A model generated the notes under the pieces. It worked only from the letters and a program-made list of their open reading frames with translations, was not told where the DNA came from and did no database searches. 64,000 bases of DNA from positions 5,099 through 69,098 of the forward strand of contig CAZSTS010000011.1 in NCBI GenBank assembly GCA_964609965.1, written 5' to 3'. The position numbers and the translations under genes were made by a program. Of the stretch, positions 46,461 through 58,373 are shown one piece after another; position 1 is the first letter of the stretch, and every line of letters starts with the position of its first letter. This DNA is from an uncultured Nitrospirales bacterium. Lineage in GTDB: Bacteria > UBA10199 > JADGCS01.

Positions 46461-48228
46461 AAACAGGGGTTTTCTTATCTCCCTTTTGTTGTTTTTGCTT
46501 TTATTTACCTGTTATCAGCCATTAGCTAATGCAAAACAAAATCCACCAGACACTTCTAAACAAACACAGGCGCTCGTACAACCCAGCCAATCAACAACAC
46601 TTCAAAACACCCCCTCACAAATATCTTCCAGTGTTCCCCTAGTAACAGCCGATGAAATTTCTCTAGAAGATCTTGATAAATCATTTTCTGATCTCGCCCT
46701 TGATGAACTGACAGGAACAAAAACATCAGGAACAAGAAACCCCTTTGCTCCAGGCATTGTCGAAGAACAATCTGATCCCTCATCATTGATCATACAAGGC
46801 ATAGCTGTCGGCCCAAAAAAATCTTTTGTTCTCATATCAGGACAAATTTTTACAGTAGGTGATCGTATTGGTTATTACACTATTACCGAAATCAAACCAG
46901 GAAAGATGATATTAACCCAACTCGAAGATAAATACATTGTCAAGATGGAGGGATACTCACAATCTATAAAAAAGAGACACCTAGGAAAATATTTTATAAA
47001 ATTTAATAATGCTGACATCAAAAAAACATTAGAGCTTTTAGCTGCTGCAGGCGACATCAATATAATTGTTCCAGAAGCAACAACAGGAAAAGTTTCGGTT
47101 TCCTTTTACAATACAGATATCATGGACTCTTTGGCTTCAATACTTCGCGTCAACAGCCTTGAGTATGCTATCGAAAACGACATTTTGAGAGTTGGTCCAG
47201 CCACACAATTTACCGATGATTCAGATCTAAAAGCAATGACCATTCCACTCAATTACGCAACAGCTTCTGAAATGCAAAAGCCCATCCAAACTCTTTTATC
47301 AAAACGTGGCGCCACTATTGCAGACGACAGAACCAATACAGTCATTGTCAAAGACCATGCCAATGTTCTTGATAATATCAGAAGATTTTTGGGCAGCATC
47401 GATAAGCAAGATCCTCAGGTATCTATTGAGGCAAAGGTCATCGACGCTTCAAAAAACTTCTCGAGAGCCTTAGGCATTCAATGGGGATTTTCATCTGGAC
47501 CCAACAATGTTGTCCTGCGTGGAAATCAAGATGCTGGCGCTATTACATCAGGAGCCACGCCTGGTACAATGGTAAACCTAGGCCCTACACTAACTCCCAC
47601 AAGCGGATTTAACGTGCTAGTAGGCCGCTTACCAGGAAATACAAATCTCGAAATGCAATTAGGTGCCGCTGAATCCACAGGTCAAATCCGTATTATTTCA
47701 AAACCAAATGTAACAACGATTAATAATAAGACTGCCAAAATACGTAGTGGACTAAAAATTTATGTTAAAATCGAAGGAGGCACTGACGAAGGGCCCACTT
47801 TACAAGAAATTGAAACCGGCATTGAACTAAAAGTAACACCACAAATCACACTTAATCGTATGATCAAAATGGATCTCGAAGCCATACAAAGTGAAGCTGA
47901 CTTTTCTAGAACTGTAGATGGCATTCCCTCGATTATTGACAACACAGCTAAAACAACTGTGCTCGTTCCAGACGGCGAAACAGCCGTCATTGGTGGTCTT
48001 TTAAAGGTAAACACTAACCGAGAAAAACGAGGCGTGCCAGGCATTAGCAAGGTTCCTGTCTTAGGTTGGCTGTTTAAAAGCACCAGGCGTTCAAAAGAAA
48101 GCAAAGAGCTCATGATTTTTATCACTCCAAAAATTCTCGATGCTAAACACTTTAAAATTGAAGGAAACGAAAGCCATGACCTAACAGTGAATGACGCTAT
48201 TACCGAGATCACTGAAGTCACCCAATAA
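46447..48228 (+). CDS. pilQ: Secretin (PilQ-like) with an N-terminal PilP/MshK-like domain
   Basis: Signal peptide; RNPF...IQGI...ISG....GD.IG domain; N0/N3 domains; QVSIEAKVI, GI.L.VTP, GVPGISKVPVLGWLFK, ELMIFITP. Start ATG 46447 chosen from the upstream GGAGA. Confidence 0.9.
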   Translation: MHYIKNRGFLISLLLFLLLFTCYQPLANAKQNPPDTSKQTQALVQPSQSTTLQNTPSQISSSVPLVTADEISLEDLDKSFSDLALDELTGTKTSGTRNPFAPGIVEEQSDPSSLIIQGIAVGPKKSFVLISGQIFTVGDRIGYYTITEIKPGKMILTQLEDKYIVKMEGYSQSIKKRHLGKYFIKFNNADIKKTLELLAAAGDINIIVPEATTGKVSVSFYNTDIMDSLASILRVNSLEYAIENDILRVGPATQFTDDSDLKAMTIPLNYATASEMQKPIQTLLSKRGATIADDRTNTVIVKDHANVLDNIRRFLGSIDKQDPQVSIEAKVIDASKNFSRALGIQWGFSSGPNNVVLRGNQDAGAITSGATPGTMVNLGPTLTPTSGFNVLVGRLPGNTNLEMQLGAAESTGQIRIISKPNVTTINNKTAKIRSGLKIYVKIEGGTDEGPTLQEIETGIELKVTPQITLNRMIKMDLEAIQSEADFSRTVDGIPSIIDNTAKTTVLVPDGETAVIGGLLKVNTNREKRGVPGISKVPVLGWLFKSTRRSKESKELMIFITPKILDAKHFKIEGNESHDLTVNDAITEITEVTQ

Positions 48229-48245
48229 TTATAATACAACTTATC

Positions 48246-48280
48246 AAAAAAAAAGGCTGGCTCACATTAGAACCAGCCTT
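48246..48280 (-). terminator. Rho-independent terminator (minus strand)
   Basis: A run followed by AAGGCTGG...CCAGCCTT between convergent genes. Confidence 0.75.
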
Positions 48281-48309
48281 CTCGACTCTCTCCTTACAAA
48301 AAACCTATA

Positions 48310-49479
48310 TTAGAAACCTGCTGCTAGCTGAAGAGCAAACATACGTGATTGCTTTTGAATGGTTCTTTGAGCAATTTCTTTTCCATAAGTAGCAAGGTTC
48401 ATTTTGAAATATTTGAAGTCTAAACCAAGGCCACCTGTGACATACATTTGATTCATACCAACTCTTAAAGAAACAGATCTGAGTACTTTGCTAATTTCTG
48501 GCCATGTGACTTCGTAACCAACATGAAACTTTGTAAGAAAGTCACCACGGTACTCAAGGTCGCGAACATCGATAGCTAAAATTGATTTGAATTTATAGAA
48601 ATCAGGGTGAACAGCCATACCAAATGTCATTGATTCATTTTGTCTTCCAACAGGATCACCTGCAAAAAAACGGGTGTGGCCGATATCTTGGACAGTAAAA
48701 GCAAACATTGGTTTTAAGTAATCCCAAACCTTACCCCTAAAAGGAGGTGAGCCTTTAAAACCTACATCAACACCAATACCAAAACCAAATGACATGTAAT
48801 CAATGATGTCATTAAAGTTGGCTGTTGAAATCACATCTCTTTGTGTAATGGTTTCGTCCACAAGATAGCGCTCCATAAATTTGACCGCTATACCGGCTTG
48901 TAGGTGATCGTCAAAAAAACTATAGGCTGTCCCTAATTGCAATCCTGCCTGTCCAAGAATTTCGATATCGACTGTGCTAGAAGCAGGGTTAAGTAGAGCC
49001 ACAACACCGTGAGCTTCGTAAAAAAGTGATGCTGAAATGTATTTATACATCATAGTTACGATATTGCCGCGAGCAGCAACTTCTTCGTAACGACCTGTGT
49101 TGGCAGCTGCAAAAGCATCTAAAACATTGATTTTGGCCGCGTCGCCAGCAGCATCATCAATATTATTAGCCAAATTAGGGACATCATTAATTAAATAGTC
49201 TAGTGATTTGTATGAAAATTCTACTGTGGGCAATAGGAATTGAAAATGAAACTCTTGTGGAAAATCATTAATAGCTGCTGGATTATAAAAGATCGCATTT
49301 TCATCTGTGCCCTTTACAGCAACAAAAGCCCCTCCCATACCTTGAGGCCTAACTCCTTGCATCATACGAGGTGTTGAGCGCAAAACCATGGTTTGAGCTT
49401 CTGCTGATTGGCTTGTTATCAAATTAATCGAAAAAACAAAGCCAAGTACAAGTGTGATTAATATTACTTTTCTAAACAT
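48310..49479 (-). CDS. Outer-membrane beta-barrel, TraF_2/PorV/FadL-like
   Basis: Signal peptide; R..GMGGAFVA...A.FYNPA plug motif; alternating beta-strands; terminal Phe. Confidence 0.75.
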   Translation of the reverse strand: MFRKVILITLVLGFVFSINLITSQSAEAQTMVLRSTPRMMQGVRPQGMGGAFVAVKGTDENAIFYNPAAINDFPQEFHFQFLLPTVEFSYKSLDYLINDVPNLANNIDDAAGDAAKINVLDAFAAANTGRYEEVAARGNIVTMMYKYISASLFYEAHGVVALLNPASSTVDIEILGQAGLQLGTAYSFFDDHLQAGIAVKFMERYLVDETITQRDVISTANFNDIIDYMSFGFGIGVDVGFKGSPPFRGKVWDYLKPMFAFTVQDIGHTRFFAGDPVGRQNESMTFGMAVHPDFYKFKSILAIDVRDLEYRGDFLTKFHVGYEVTWPEISKVLRSVSLRVGMNQMYVTGGLGLDFKYFKMNLATYGKEIAQRTIQKQSRMFALQLAAGF

Positions 49480-49500
49480 GAGGAATCCCCCTTTTAATTA

Positions 49501-50313
49501 TTAAAGCGCTGTATCTACGTCATAGTTTGCTTGTACAGTTGCATTTTGGTTGTCTGGGTTAATAGCATCACAATCAGCAATGTCTGCTGAATAAGTCACT
49601 GTGGTAAAAGTGCTTGCATCATCCGCTAATTGGCAACCTACAAAGGCTCGATACTCTCCCGCGGTAAAACCAGCAGCAGCAGAAATTGGTTCGAGAATCC
49701 AGAAAGTTTGTCGTATTTGTGAGACCCAAGACTCTTCAGCGGTATCAACACCAGCACCAACTAGACGGTTGTCGAAAGCAAGTAAATCAGCCTGTACATT
49801 GGCTGCGTCTGTTTCTGATATGTCTGCTACATCAAATGTACCATTATAATCAGATCCATAAACACCAATCGAAAAATGCTCAATAATTTGCATAAGAGCC
49901 AAATCAAAAGCAGCATCAGCCAAGACTTCGTCAGTAATGGTTGTTGCTGTTATGCCTGTTACACCTTCTAGTACTTCAATGGCACTGCGCAAATCAGCCT
50001 CAGTAGCAGTCGCAGGGAGCACTGCAGCTATCTGTTGGAAATTTGAATCAGTACTACTATCTAGATCTATGATACCTTCGGCAAGATTAAAGTAATCCAT
50101 ACCGCTTCTTGCAAAATAGGCACTTGCCAAAACTCGAGCGGCCTCAGCATTGGCAGCATCTGCATCAACCACTATGGTTGCTTTGGTGATAGCCTCTGTG
50201 TAGTTACCTTTATCTAAGGCAAATTTAGCTGCCTCGAGATTGCTCGTTCCAGATGTTGCACAGCCATATAAAAATACCGTGAATAGAATTAAGATAATGT
50301 TGATTTTTCTCAC
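49501..50313 (-). CDS. Acidic helical lipoprotein (TPR-like), probable partner of the barrel
   Basis: GTG start, lipobox LYGC, A..ALD.G.Y..A TPR-like motif; upstream of the barrel gene in the same direction. Confidence 0.78.
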   Translation of the reverse strand: MRKINIILILFTVFLYGCATSGTSNLEAAKFALDKGNYTEAITKATIVVDADAANAEAARVLASAYFARSGMDYFNLAEGIIDLDSSTDSNFQQIAAVLPATATEADLRSAIEVLEGVTGITATTITDEVLADAAFDLALMQIIEHFSIGVYGSDYNGTFDVADISETDAANVQADLLAFDNRLVGAGVDTAEESWVSQIRQTFWILEPISAAAGFTAGEYRAFVGCQLADDASTFTTVTYSADIADCDAINPDNQNATVQANYDVDTAL

Positions 50314-50487
50314 ATTAACCCCCTCTAAAATTAAACTAAAACTAAACTATATATGAAAAAATATTTAATTCAGTTTTTCTAATAATACCAGTATAATTTT
50401 GTATTTATATCAACTAGATAATACCTCATCAGCTTTTGAGCCCAAAATACCTTAGCAAGCTATGAAAAATCAATTTAGGTCAACTCG

Positions 50488-50521
50488 TCCTCCGTAGTCA
50501 GCCCAGGCGGACGAAGGAGGA
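50488..50521. repeat. REP-like palindrome
   Basis: TCCTCCGTAG-TCAGCCCAGGCGGA-CGAAGGAGGA. Confidence 0.6.
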
Positions 50522-50575
50522 TTGATTTTTTCATAAAGGCGCCCTAAAAAGATTAATTCTGAAAGCTAATAAATT

Positions 50576-51457
50576 ATGAAACAAAAAAATATTTTACAAA
50601 TAGGCATTCCTAAAGGGAGTCTACAAGAAGCTACATTGAGACTTTTTAAAAAAGCTGGTTTTCTCATCGAAGCTAATTCAAGATCTTATTTTCCATCAGT
50701 GGATGATACAGAGCTCTCACCCATGCTTATCCGAGCCCAAGAAATGGCTAGGTATGTAAGTCTGGGCATCCTTGACTGTGGGCTTACCGGCCGTGACTGG
50801 ACATTGGAACAAGGCGCTAGCGTTGTTGACGTTGCTGAACTTAAATATGCAAAAGCTGGTCTGAGACCTGTACGATGGGTGATCGCTGTCCCAAACAACT
50901 CAAAAATAAGAAAACTAAAAGACCTTAATGGTAAACGCATAGCCACGGAGCTCGTCGGTTTTACAAAAAAGTATCTCAAACAGAATAAAATCAAAGCTGA
51001 AGTCGAATTTTCTTGGGGGGCAACAGAGGTAAAACCTCCTCTTTTAGCTGATGCAATCGTTGAGCTAACCGAAACAGGCTCATCACTAAAAGCCAATAAT
51101 TTACGCATAGTTAAAACAATCCTGGAGTCAAACACCCTGCTCATTGCCAACAAAAAAGCCTGGAAAAATAAATGGAAACGTCAAAAAATTGAAAACCTCC
51201 ACATGCTTCTTCAGAGCGCTATCGAAGCCCAAAAAAAGGTAGGTCTTAAGCTCAATGCCCCTGATTCCAAATTAAAAGACATTCTTTCACTCTTACCTGC
51301 GCTCAACAAACCAACCATGGCACCCCTTGCTGGCTCTAAATGGCACAGCATTGAGGTCATTATTGACGAAACCATCGTCCGTGACCTTATTCCTAAACTC
51401 AAAAGAAAAGGCGCCAAAGGAATTATTGAATACCCTTTAAATAAGGTGATATATTAA
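50576..51457 (+). CDS. hisG: ATP phosphoribosyltransferase, long form
   Basis: IPKGSL, GLTG.D, GATE, DAIVE.TETGSSL.AN.L, C-terminal regulatory domain. Confidence 0.96.
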   Translation: MKQKNILQIGIPKGSLQEATLRLFKKAGFLIEANSRSYFPSVDDTELSPMLIRAQEMARYVSLGILDCGLTGRDWTLEQGASVVDVAELKYAKAGLRPVRWVIAVPNNSKIRKLKDLNGKRIATELVGFTKKYLKQNKIKAEVEFSWGATEVKPPLLADAIVELTETGSSLKANNLRIVKTILESNTLLIANKKAWKNKWKRQKIENLHMLLQSAIEAQKKVGLKLNAPDSKLKDILSLLPALNKPTMAPLAGSKWHSIEVIIDETIVRDLIPKLKRKGAKGIIEYPLNKVIY

Positions 51458-51501
51458 TCCTATGGCTCCAAGGCCCTATGGTCTTAAGGACCCTATAATC
51501 G

Positions 51502-52491
51502 ATGAATCTTTCAATCTATATAAATACAGTTTTTCAATACAAAGAATTTGTTATAGCAGGCATTTTATTACTCGCCTTGGTCTTGATTCTTTTTTTGAGA
51601 AGAAAGAAAAAAAAACCAACCCAACGCCATAAAAAAAACTTTGTAACTTCAATTAAAGCTGCATTACTTGGTTCATCAAAAGAACTTAAGGACATTGTCC
51701 CTGAGCTCGAAGAAATACTTCTCACCGCTGACGTGGGAATAACTGCCACTGAAAAGCTTATTAACAAAATCATAGACGAAACACCTTTAGTTTCAAAAGA
51801 GAATTTCACTCAACATTTAAAACAAGAAATCAAAAACATCTTGATCCCAAAAGATGAGCTCAGGCTTGATCTCACAAAAAAACCTTATGTCATTTATCTG
51901 GCCGGCGTTAATGGAAGTGGAAAAACAACAACAATCGGCAAATTGGCCTGTCAGTTTAAAAACCAAGGTCAAAAAGTCATGCTCATTGCGGCTGATACTT
52001 TTCGGGCTGCTGCGATTGATCAACTCAAAATATGGGCTGAAAAAAATCAAGTCGCTTTTGTGGGAGGAAAACCTCAGGCCGATCCTTCAAGTGTTATTAT
52101 AGATGGCCTACGTTCTGCAAAAGCAAAAGAAATCGACATTGTGCTCGTGGACACAGCTGGACGCCTTCAGACAAAAACGAACCTCATGAATGAGCTTAAA
52201 AAAATGGTTCGCATGTCAGACAAGGAATTGGGACGAGGTCCTGATCAGATTTTTCTCGTTGTGGATGCTATCACAGGTCAAAACGGTTTTTCTCAGGCAA
52301 AAATATATTTAGAAGCCATCCCTCTTACTGGTTTTATTCTTACAAAATACGATGCCACAGCCAAAGGAGGAATTATTATTTCTATTGTTGAACAAACAGG
52401 CCTTCCCATCCGCTATGTTGGTTTTGGTGAAGGCGTGAATGATTTAAAGGAATTTGATGCGGAAAAGTTTGTAGAAAAGATATTTGGATAA
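51502..52491 (+). CDS. ftsY: SRP receptor FtsY with an N-terminal transmembrane helix
   Basis: ADVG, GVNGSGKTT, DTFRAAA, DTAGR, TKYD.TAKGG, GEG..DL. Confidence 0.95.
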   Translation: MNLSIYINTVFQYKEFVIAGILLLALVLILFLRRKKKKPTQRHKKNFVTSIKAALLGSSKELKDIVPELEEILLTADVGITATEKLINKIIDETPLVSKENFTQHLKQEIKNILIPKDELRLDLTKKPYVIYLAGVNGSGKTTTIGKLACQFKNQGQKVMLIAADTFRAAAIDQLKIWAEKNQVAFVGGKPQADPSSVIIDGLRSAKAKEIDIVLVDTAGRLQTKTNLMNELKKMVRMSDKELGRGPDQIFLVVDAITGQNGFSQAKIYLEAIPLTGFILTKYDATAKGGIIISIVEQTGLPIRYVGFGEGVNDLKEFDAEKFVEKIFG

Positions 52492-52566
52492 TGTGCAAAT
52501 CAATTACGCCATCAAATAATATTAACCCAACTTGATGTCATCTAGATTTTTGACTATAGGGACCTC

Positions 52567-52962
52567 ATGTTAATCAAACGTCATTTTCACTCTGTTCTTA
52601 TTTTATTTCTTATTATTTTCCTCGCCCTCATCATGACAGATTGCGGTGGCAGAAAAACTATCTCTTATAAGAGATCTTTTACAGGCAATGCTTCTTGGTA
52701 TGGAAAAAGATTTCATGGAAGAAAAACCGCCAATGGCGAACGTTTTAACATGTATAAAATGACGGCCGCACACAAGAAGCTGCGATTTGGCACGATCCTC
52801 TTGGTAACCAATTTGAAAAACGGCAAATCTGTGAAAGTGCGTGTAAATGACAGGGGGCCTTATGCTCGAGGCCGAGTGCTTGACCTGTCCTATGCAGCAG
52901 CCAAAAGACTGGGCTTTATCCAGAGTGGCCATACAAGAGTAAGGGTAAAAGTCCTTAGATGA
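52567..52962 (+). CDS. rlpA: RlpA-family lytic transglycosylase lipoprotein (DPBB domain)
   Basis: GNASWYG..FHG..TANGE, TAAH, VNDRGP, DLS.AAA. Confidence 0.92.
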   Translation: MLIKRHFHSVLILFLIIFLALIMTDCGGRKTISYKRSFTGNASWYGKRFHGRKTANGERFNMYKMTAAHKKLRFGTILLVTNLKNGKSVKVRVNDRGPYARGRVLDLSYAAAKRLGFIQSGHTRVRVKVLR

Positions 52963-52980
52963 AAAAAACAATGATTATCC

Positions 52981-53008
52981 GTAGGGGTACGGCGTGCCGT
53001 GCCCCTAC
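52981..53008. repeat. GTAG-type REP palindrome
   Basis: GTAGGGGTACGGC-GT-GCCGTGCCCCTAC, near-perfect hairpin. Confidence 0.75.
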
Positions 53009-53041
53009 ATCAAACAATGAACTAAAACGAAAGAAGGTATT

Positions 53042-53284
53042 ATGAATTCATTTGAAACCGATAACACCGATAACATGGCGCCTGCTACTACAACAGATTC
53101 GTTTCAGGTAGACACACTTGTTGTTGTCTCCAAGGTCAAAGCCTTTATTAAAGAACAGTCTGGATTTAACACAGGCAAATGCGCCATTGATGCCATCTCA
53201 CAAGCTGTGGCTAGAGAATGTGTAAGAGCTATCGAACAAACACGTGAGGCAGGCAGAAAAACAGTGATGGGAAGAGATTTCTAA
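53042..53284 (+). CDS. Bacterial histone-fold protein (Bd0055-like) with an acidic N-terminal extension
   Basis: LVVVSKVKAFIKEQSGFNTG..AIDAIS..V...C.RA....REAGRKTVMGRDF parallels Bdellovibrio Bd0055 (LVVTSKVKKLIKE...GRKTVMARD); AGAAGG ribosome-binding site. Confidence 0.9.
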   Translation: MNSFETDNTDNMAPATTTDSFQVDTLVVVSKVKAFIKEQSGFNTGKCAIDAISQAVARECVRAIEQTREAGRKTVMGRDF

Positions 53285-53320
53285 TCCCTCTCTCATCACC
53301 CATCACTCATCGCTCATTAC
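53285..53320. repeat. Heptamer array between the histone and astB stop codons
   Basis: CTCATCA CCCATCA CTCATCG CTCATTA. Confidence 0.7.
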
Positions 53321-54669
53321 TTTCTTTGAAACTCATACACAGACCCTAGTTTTAAAATCTGTGTAAGTTCATCTAATGCAGTGCGGCCCTCTAACAAAAG
53401 CTGATAATCAGCCAGATCTTCAGGAATAAGTTTATCACGATAGTGTTTTTCTACCCAAGAAGTGAGTTTTTGATAAAGTTTTTCATTAAAGAGAACAGAT
53501 TGGTTTATGCTTTTGAGCTCCTCTTCTGTTAAAACAACCCTAAGCCTTAAACAAGCAGGCCCTCCCCCATTTTTCATACTTTGCCTTAAGCCCAAGTAAT
53601 GTACTTCTGATATTGGATTTTCTGAACTACCCACAATTCTATCAATACATTTTCCTACAATCTTATTCTCCCTACACTCTTCAGGAGCAATCAAGGCCAT
53701 TTGAGAATCATTCACATCGACAAGTTGCGAGTTAAACAAAAATGTCTGAACAGCCTCTGATAATGTAACTTCATGAACTCTGACACTCACTAAGCAAAGG
53801 TTTTTTCCACTCACTTTCTTATACTTTTCTTGAAGCTCTCCAACAACCTTCTGAGTGTCTAAAAAAGCCTGCTCATGATAAAGTAAAACATGCTTGTTTC
53901 CAACAGCAATCATATCATTATGAAAAACCCCGGCATCAATAGCAATGGGACTCTGTTGTGCAAGCACCACATGATTTGGATTCAGACCATGCATTCTCGC
54001 AATGGTTTGAACGGCCTCATAAGTTTGTCTGGCAGGAAAATATTTGGGCTTAGGCATGGCTTGTCTAAACATGTATTTGCCAAAAACAAAAAACTCCATG
54101 CCAGGCTCCCCGTAAAAAGAACAAAAACGCATGTGATTAGACGCCCCCTCATCACCAAAGGTTTGGCAAGAAGGCAATGCTGGATGATGAACAAAATAAC
54201 GCTCGTCATTGAAAACAGCCTTAAAAACCTGCCTGGTTGTTTTACGCTCAAAAGAACGATGAAATTTATTAGAAAGATTGGCTGGAGTAAAATGGGTTTT
54301 GCCATCTTCTGTGTCAACAGAGGGAGATGTTGTCGCTGCATTCGCTGTCCACATCGCCGCAGCAGAAGAACACGCAGACAAGATAGTAGGGTTTTGTTTT
54401 GAAGCCTTGTTGATGACATCTTCATCCGTTCCTGTAAAACCAAGCCTTCTCAAGACAGGAACAGACGGCCTCTCGTGTGGTGGCAAAACAGCCTGTCTAA
54501 GGCCCCTATCAGCTAAAAACTTCATTTTTTTTAACCCCTGTAAGGCAGCTTCTTTTGGATTAGAAAATTCTTCGGTAAAAGTGATAGGAGCAATATTCCC
54601 TGGGGATAATTTACAATAATTATGAGTAGGGCCAACAAGGCCGTCAAAGTTGATTTCGTGGGCTATCAT
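53317..54669 (-). CDS. astB: N-succinylarginine dihydrolase
   Basis: E.NFDGLVGPTHNY, MWTANAAT, GDEGA.NH, GVFHND, NGGGPACLRLRV; start moved to ATG 54669. Confidence 0.93.
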   Translation of the reverse strand: MIAHEINFDGLVGPTHNYCKLSPGNIAPITFTEEFSNPKEAALQGLKKMKFLADRGLRQAVLPPHERPSVPVLRRLGFTGTDEDVINKASKQNPTILSACSSAAAMWTANAATTSPSVDTEDGKTHFTPANLSNKFHRSFERKTTRQVFKAVFNDERYFVHHPALPSCQTFGDEGASNHMRFCSFYGEPGMEFFVFGKYMFRQAMPKPKYFPARQTYEAVQTIARMHGLNPNHVVLAQQSPIAIDAGVFHNDMIAVGNKHVLLYHEQAFLDTQKVVGELQEKYKKVSGKNLCLVSVRVHEVTLSEAVQTFLFNSQLVDVNDSQMALIAPEECRENKIVGKCIDRIVGSSENPISEVHYLGLRQSMKNGGGPACLRLRVVLTEEELKSINQSVLFNEKLYQKLTSWVEKHYRDKLIPEDLADYQLLLEGRTALDELTQILKLGSVYEFQRK

Positions 54670-54902
54670 GCGAAATGTATAGCATTTATAATAGATAAAT
54701 TTCAAACAACAAGAACCAAAAGCCTAGTAATCTCTTGGGATTTGAGATTTGGAATTTGGAATTTTGCCCAATGAAAGACAGGGCTTTACGTCGAAAATAA
54801 GATATGATACCCATCCGACACGCCGTTAAATTATAATAGTTATCATGTGGTTTTTTTGACTGAATTTAGTCGATTTTTTTATCAAACAGGGAGGAAAGTA
54901 AG

Positions 54903-57021
<2,119 letters not shown>

Positions 57022-57033
57022 TAGGAGAATAAA

Positions 57034-58350
57034 ATGACTCAAAACGTACTCATCATGGGAGCTGCTGGCCGAGACTTTCACAACTTTAATGTTTTTTTAA
57101 GAAATAACCCTGAATACAATGTTGTGGCTTTCACAGCGACTCAAATCCCAAACATCGAAGGACGCGTTTACCCTGCGTCTTTGAGTGGAGAAAAGTATCC
57201 AGAAGGAATTCCCATTTATCCAGAGACAGAGCTGTTGAAACAAATCAAAGAAAAGAAAGTCGATCTTGTTGTCTTTTCTTACAGCGACATTCCTCATACC
57301 GAAGTCATGCAAAAGGCTTCTATTGCCAATGCTGCAGGCGTCCACTTCATGCTTTTGTCAGCACCAGACACCATGATCAAATCAACCAAAACTGTGATAT
57401 CGATTTGTGCTGTACGCACAGGCTGCGGTAAATCACAAACAGGCCGCCTTGTTTTAGGTTTATTAAAAGACTTAGGGAAAAAGGTTGTCACTATTCGTCA
57501 CCCCATGCCCTACGGAGAACTACCCGATCAAATCGTGCAGAGATTTTCAAAGTATGAAGATTTTGAAAAGCATCATTGCACTATTGAAGAACGAGAAGAA
57601 TACGAACCCATCGTTGATGCTGGAGGCATTGTTTATGCAGGTGTCGACTATGAACAAATTCTTAGAGAAGCCGAAAAAGAAGCTGACGTTATTATTTGGG
57701 ATGGTGGAAACAACGACACACCTTTCATCGCCCCAAATCTTAACATAGTTGTTTTTGACCCTCATAGACCTGGCCATGAGCTCGCTTATTACCCAGGCGA
57801 AACTAATATGAGACTAGCTGACATTGCCATAATCAACAAAGTGGATAGCGCGGAGAAGGAAAACATCGAGATCGTCAGAAAAAACATTCAGAAAAATAAT
57901 CCTGATTGTGAAATCCTTCTGGCTGATTCAGAAATACTCGTTGACGATCCAGACGCCATCAAAGGCAAAAGAGTTCTTGTTGTTGAGGACGGCCCCACTC
58001 TCACACATGGTGAAATGAAATACGGTGCCGGACTTATTGCTGCTAAGAGATTTGATGCAGCAGAAATAATTGACCCAAGAGGCTCTCTTGTAGGGACCAT
58101 TAAAGACACTTTTGAAAAATACCCCCATATTGGGCCGCTCTTACCAGCAATGGGCTATGGAAAACAGCAGATCAAAGACATGCAAGAAACGATTAATAAC
58201 TGTGACTGTGATCTGGTTCTTTTTGGAACACCTATAAATCTTACAAATCTGATTTCTATAAACAAGCCAACTATTCGCGTTAAGTATGAATACAAAAATC
58301 ATGATGATCAAACGCTCGAAAATGCCATAAAAAAGCGATTGGATCTGTAA
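57034..58350 (+). CDS. Arginine synthetase ArcE-like protein (cyclic 2,3-diphosphoglycerate synthetase-like P-loop NTPase)
   Basis: GAAGRDFHNFN, RTGCGKSQT, RHPMPYG, TIEEREEYE, WDGGNND, EDGPTLTHG, PAMGY; directly after argF. Confidence 0.8.
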   Translation: MTQNVLIMGAAGRDFHNFNVFLRNNPEYNVVAFTATQIPNIEGRVYPASLSGEKYPEGIPIYPETELLKQIKEKKVDLVVFSYSDIPHTEVMQKASIANAAGVHFMLLSAPDTMIKSTKTVISICAVRTGCGKSQTGRLVLGLLKDLGKKVVTIRHPMPYGELPDQIVQRFSKYEDFEKHHCTIEEREEYEPIVDAGGIVYAGVDYEQILREAEKEADVIIWDGGNNDTPFIAPNLNIVVFDPHRPGHELAYYPGETNMRLADIAIINKVDSAEKENIEIVRKNIQKNNPDCEILLADSEILVDDPDAIKGKRVLVVEDGPTLTHGEMKYGAGLIAAKRFDAAEIIDPRGSLVGTIKDTFEKYPHIGPLLPAMGYGKQQIKDMQETINNCDCDLVLFGTPINLTNLISINKPTIRVKYEYKNHDDQTLENAIKKRLDL

Positions 58351-58373
58351 GAAGAGTTATTAAGGAAGATATC

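Noticed and set aside
53057-53073. ACCGATAA as another sigma28-like -10 element
   Set aside because: It lies inside the histone CDS with no matching -35 at 11-nt spacing; it is a 9-nt duplication.
18313-54619. Long antisense ORFs (18313-18882, 19264-19728, 25740-26264, 47760-48239, 50686-51153, 53890-54402)
   Set aside because: They lie entirely or almost entirely opposite well-supported genes and show no family motifs.
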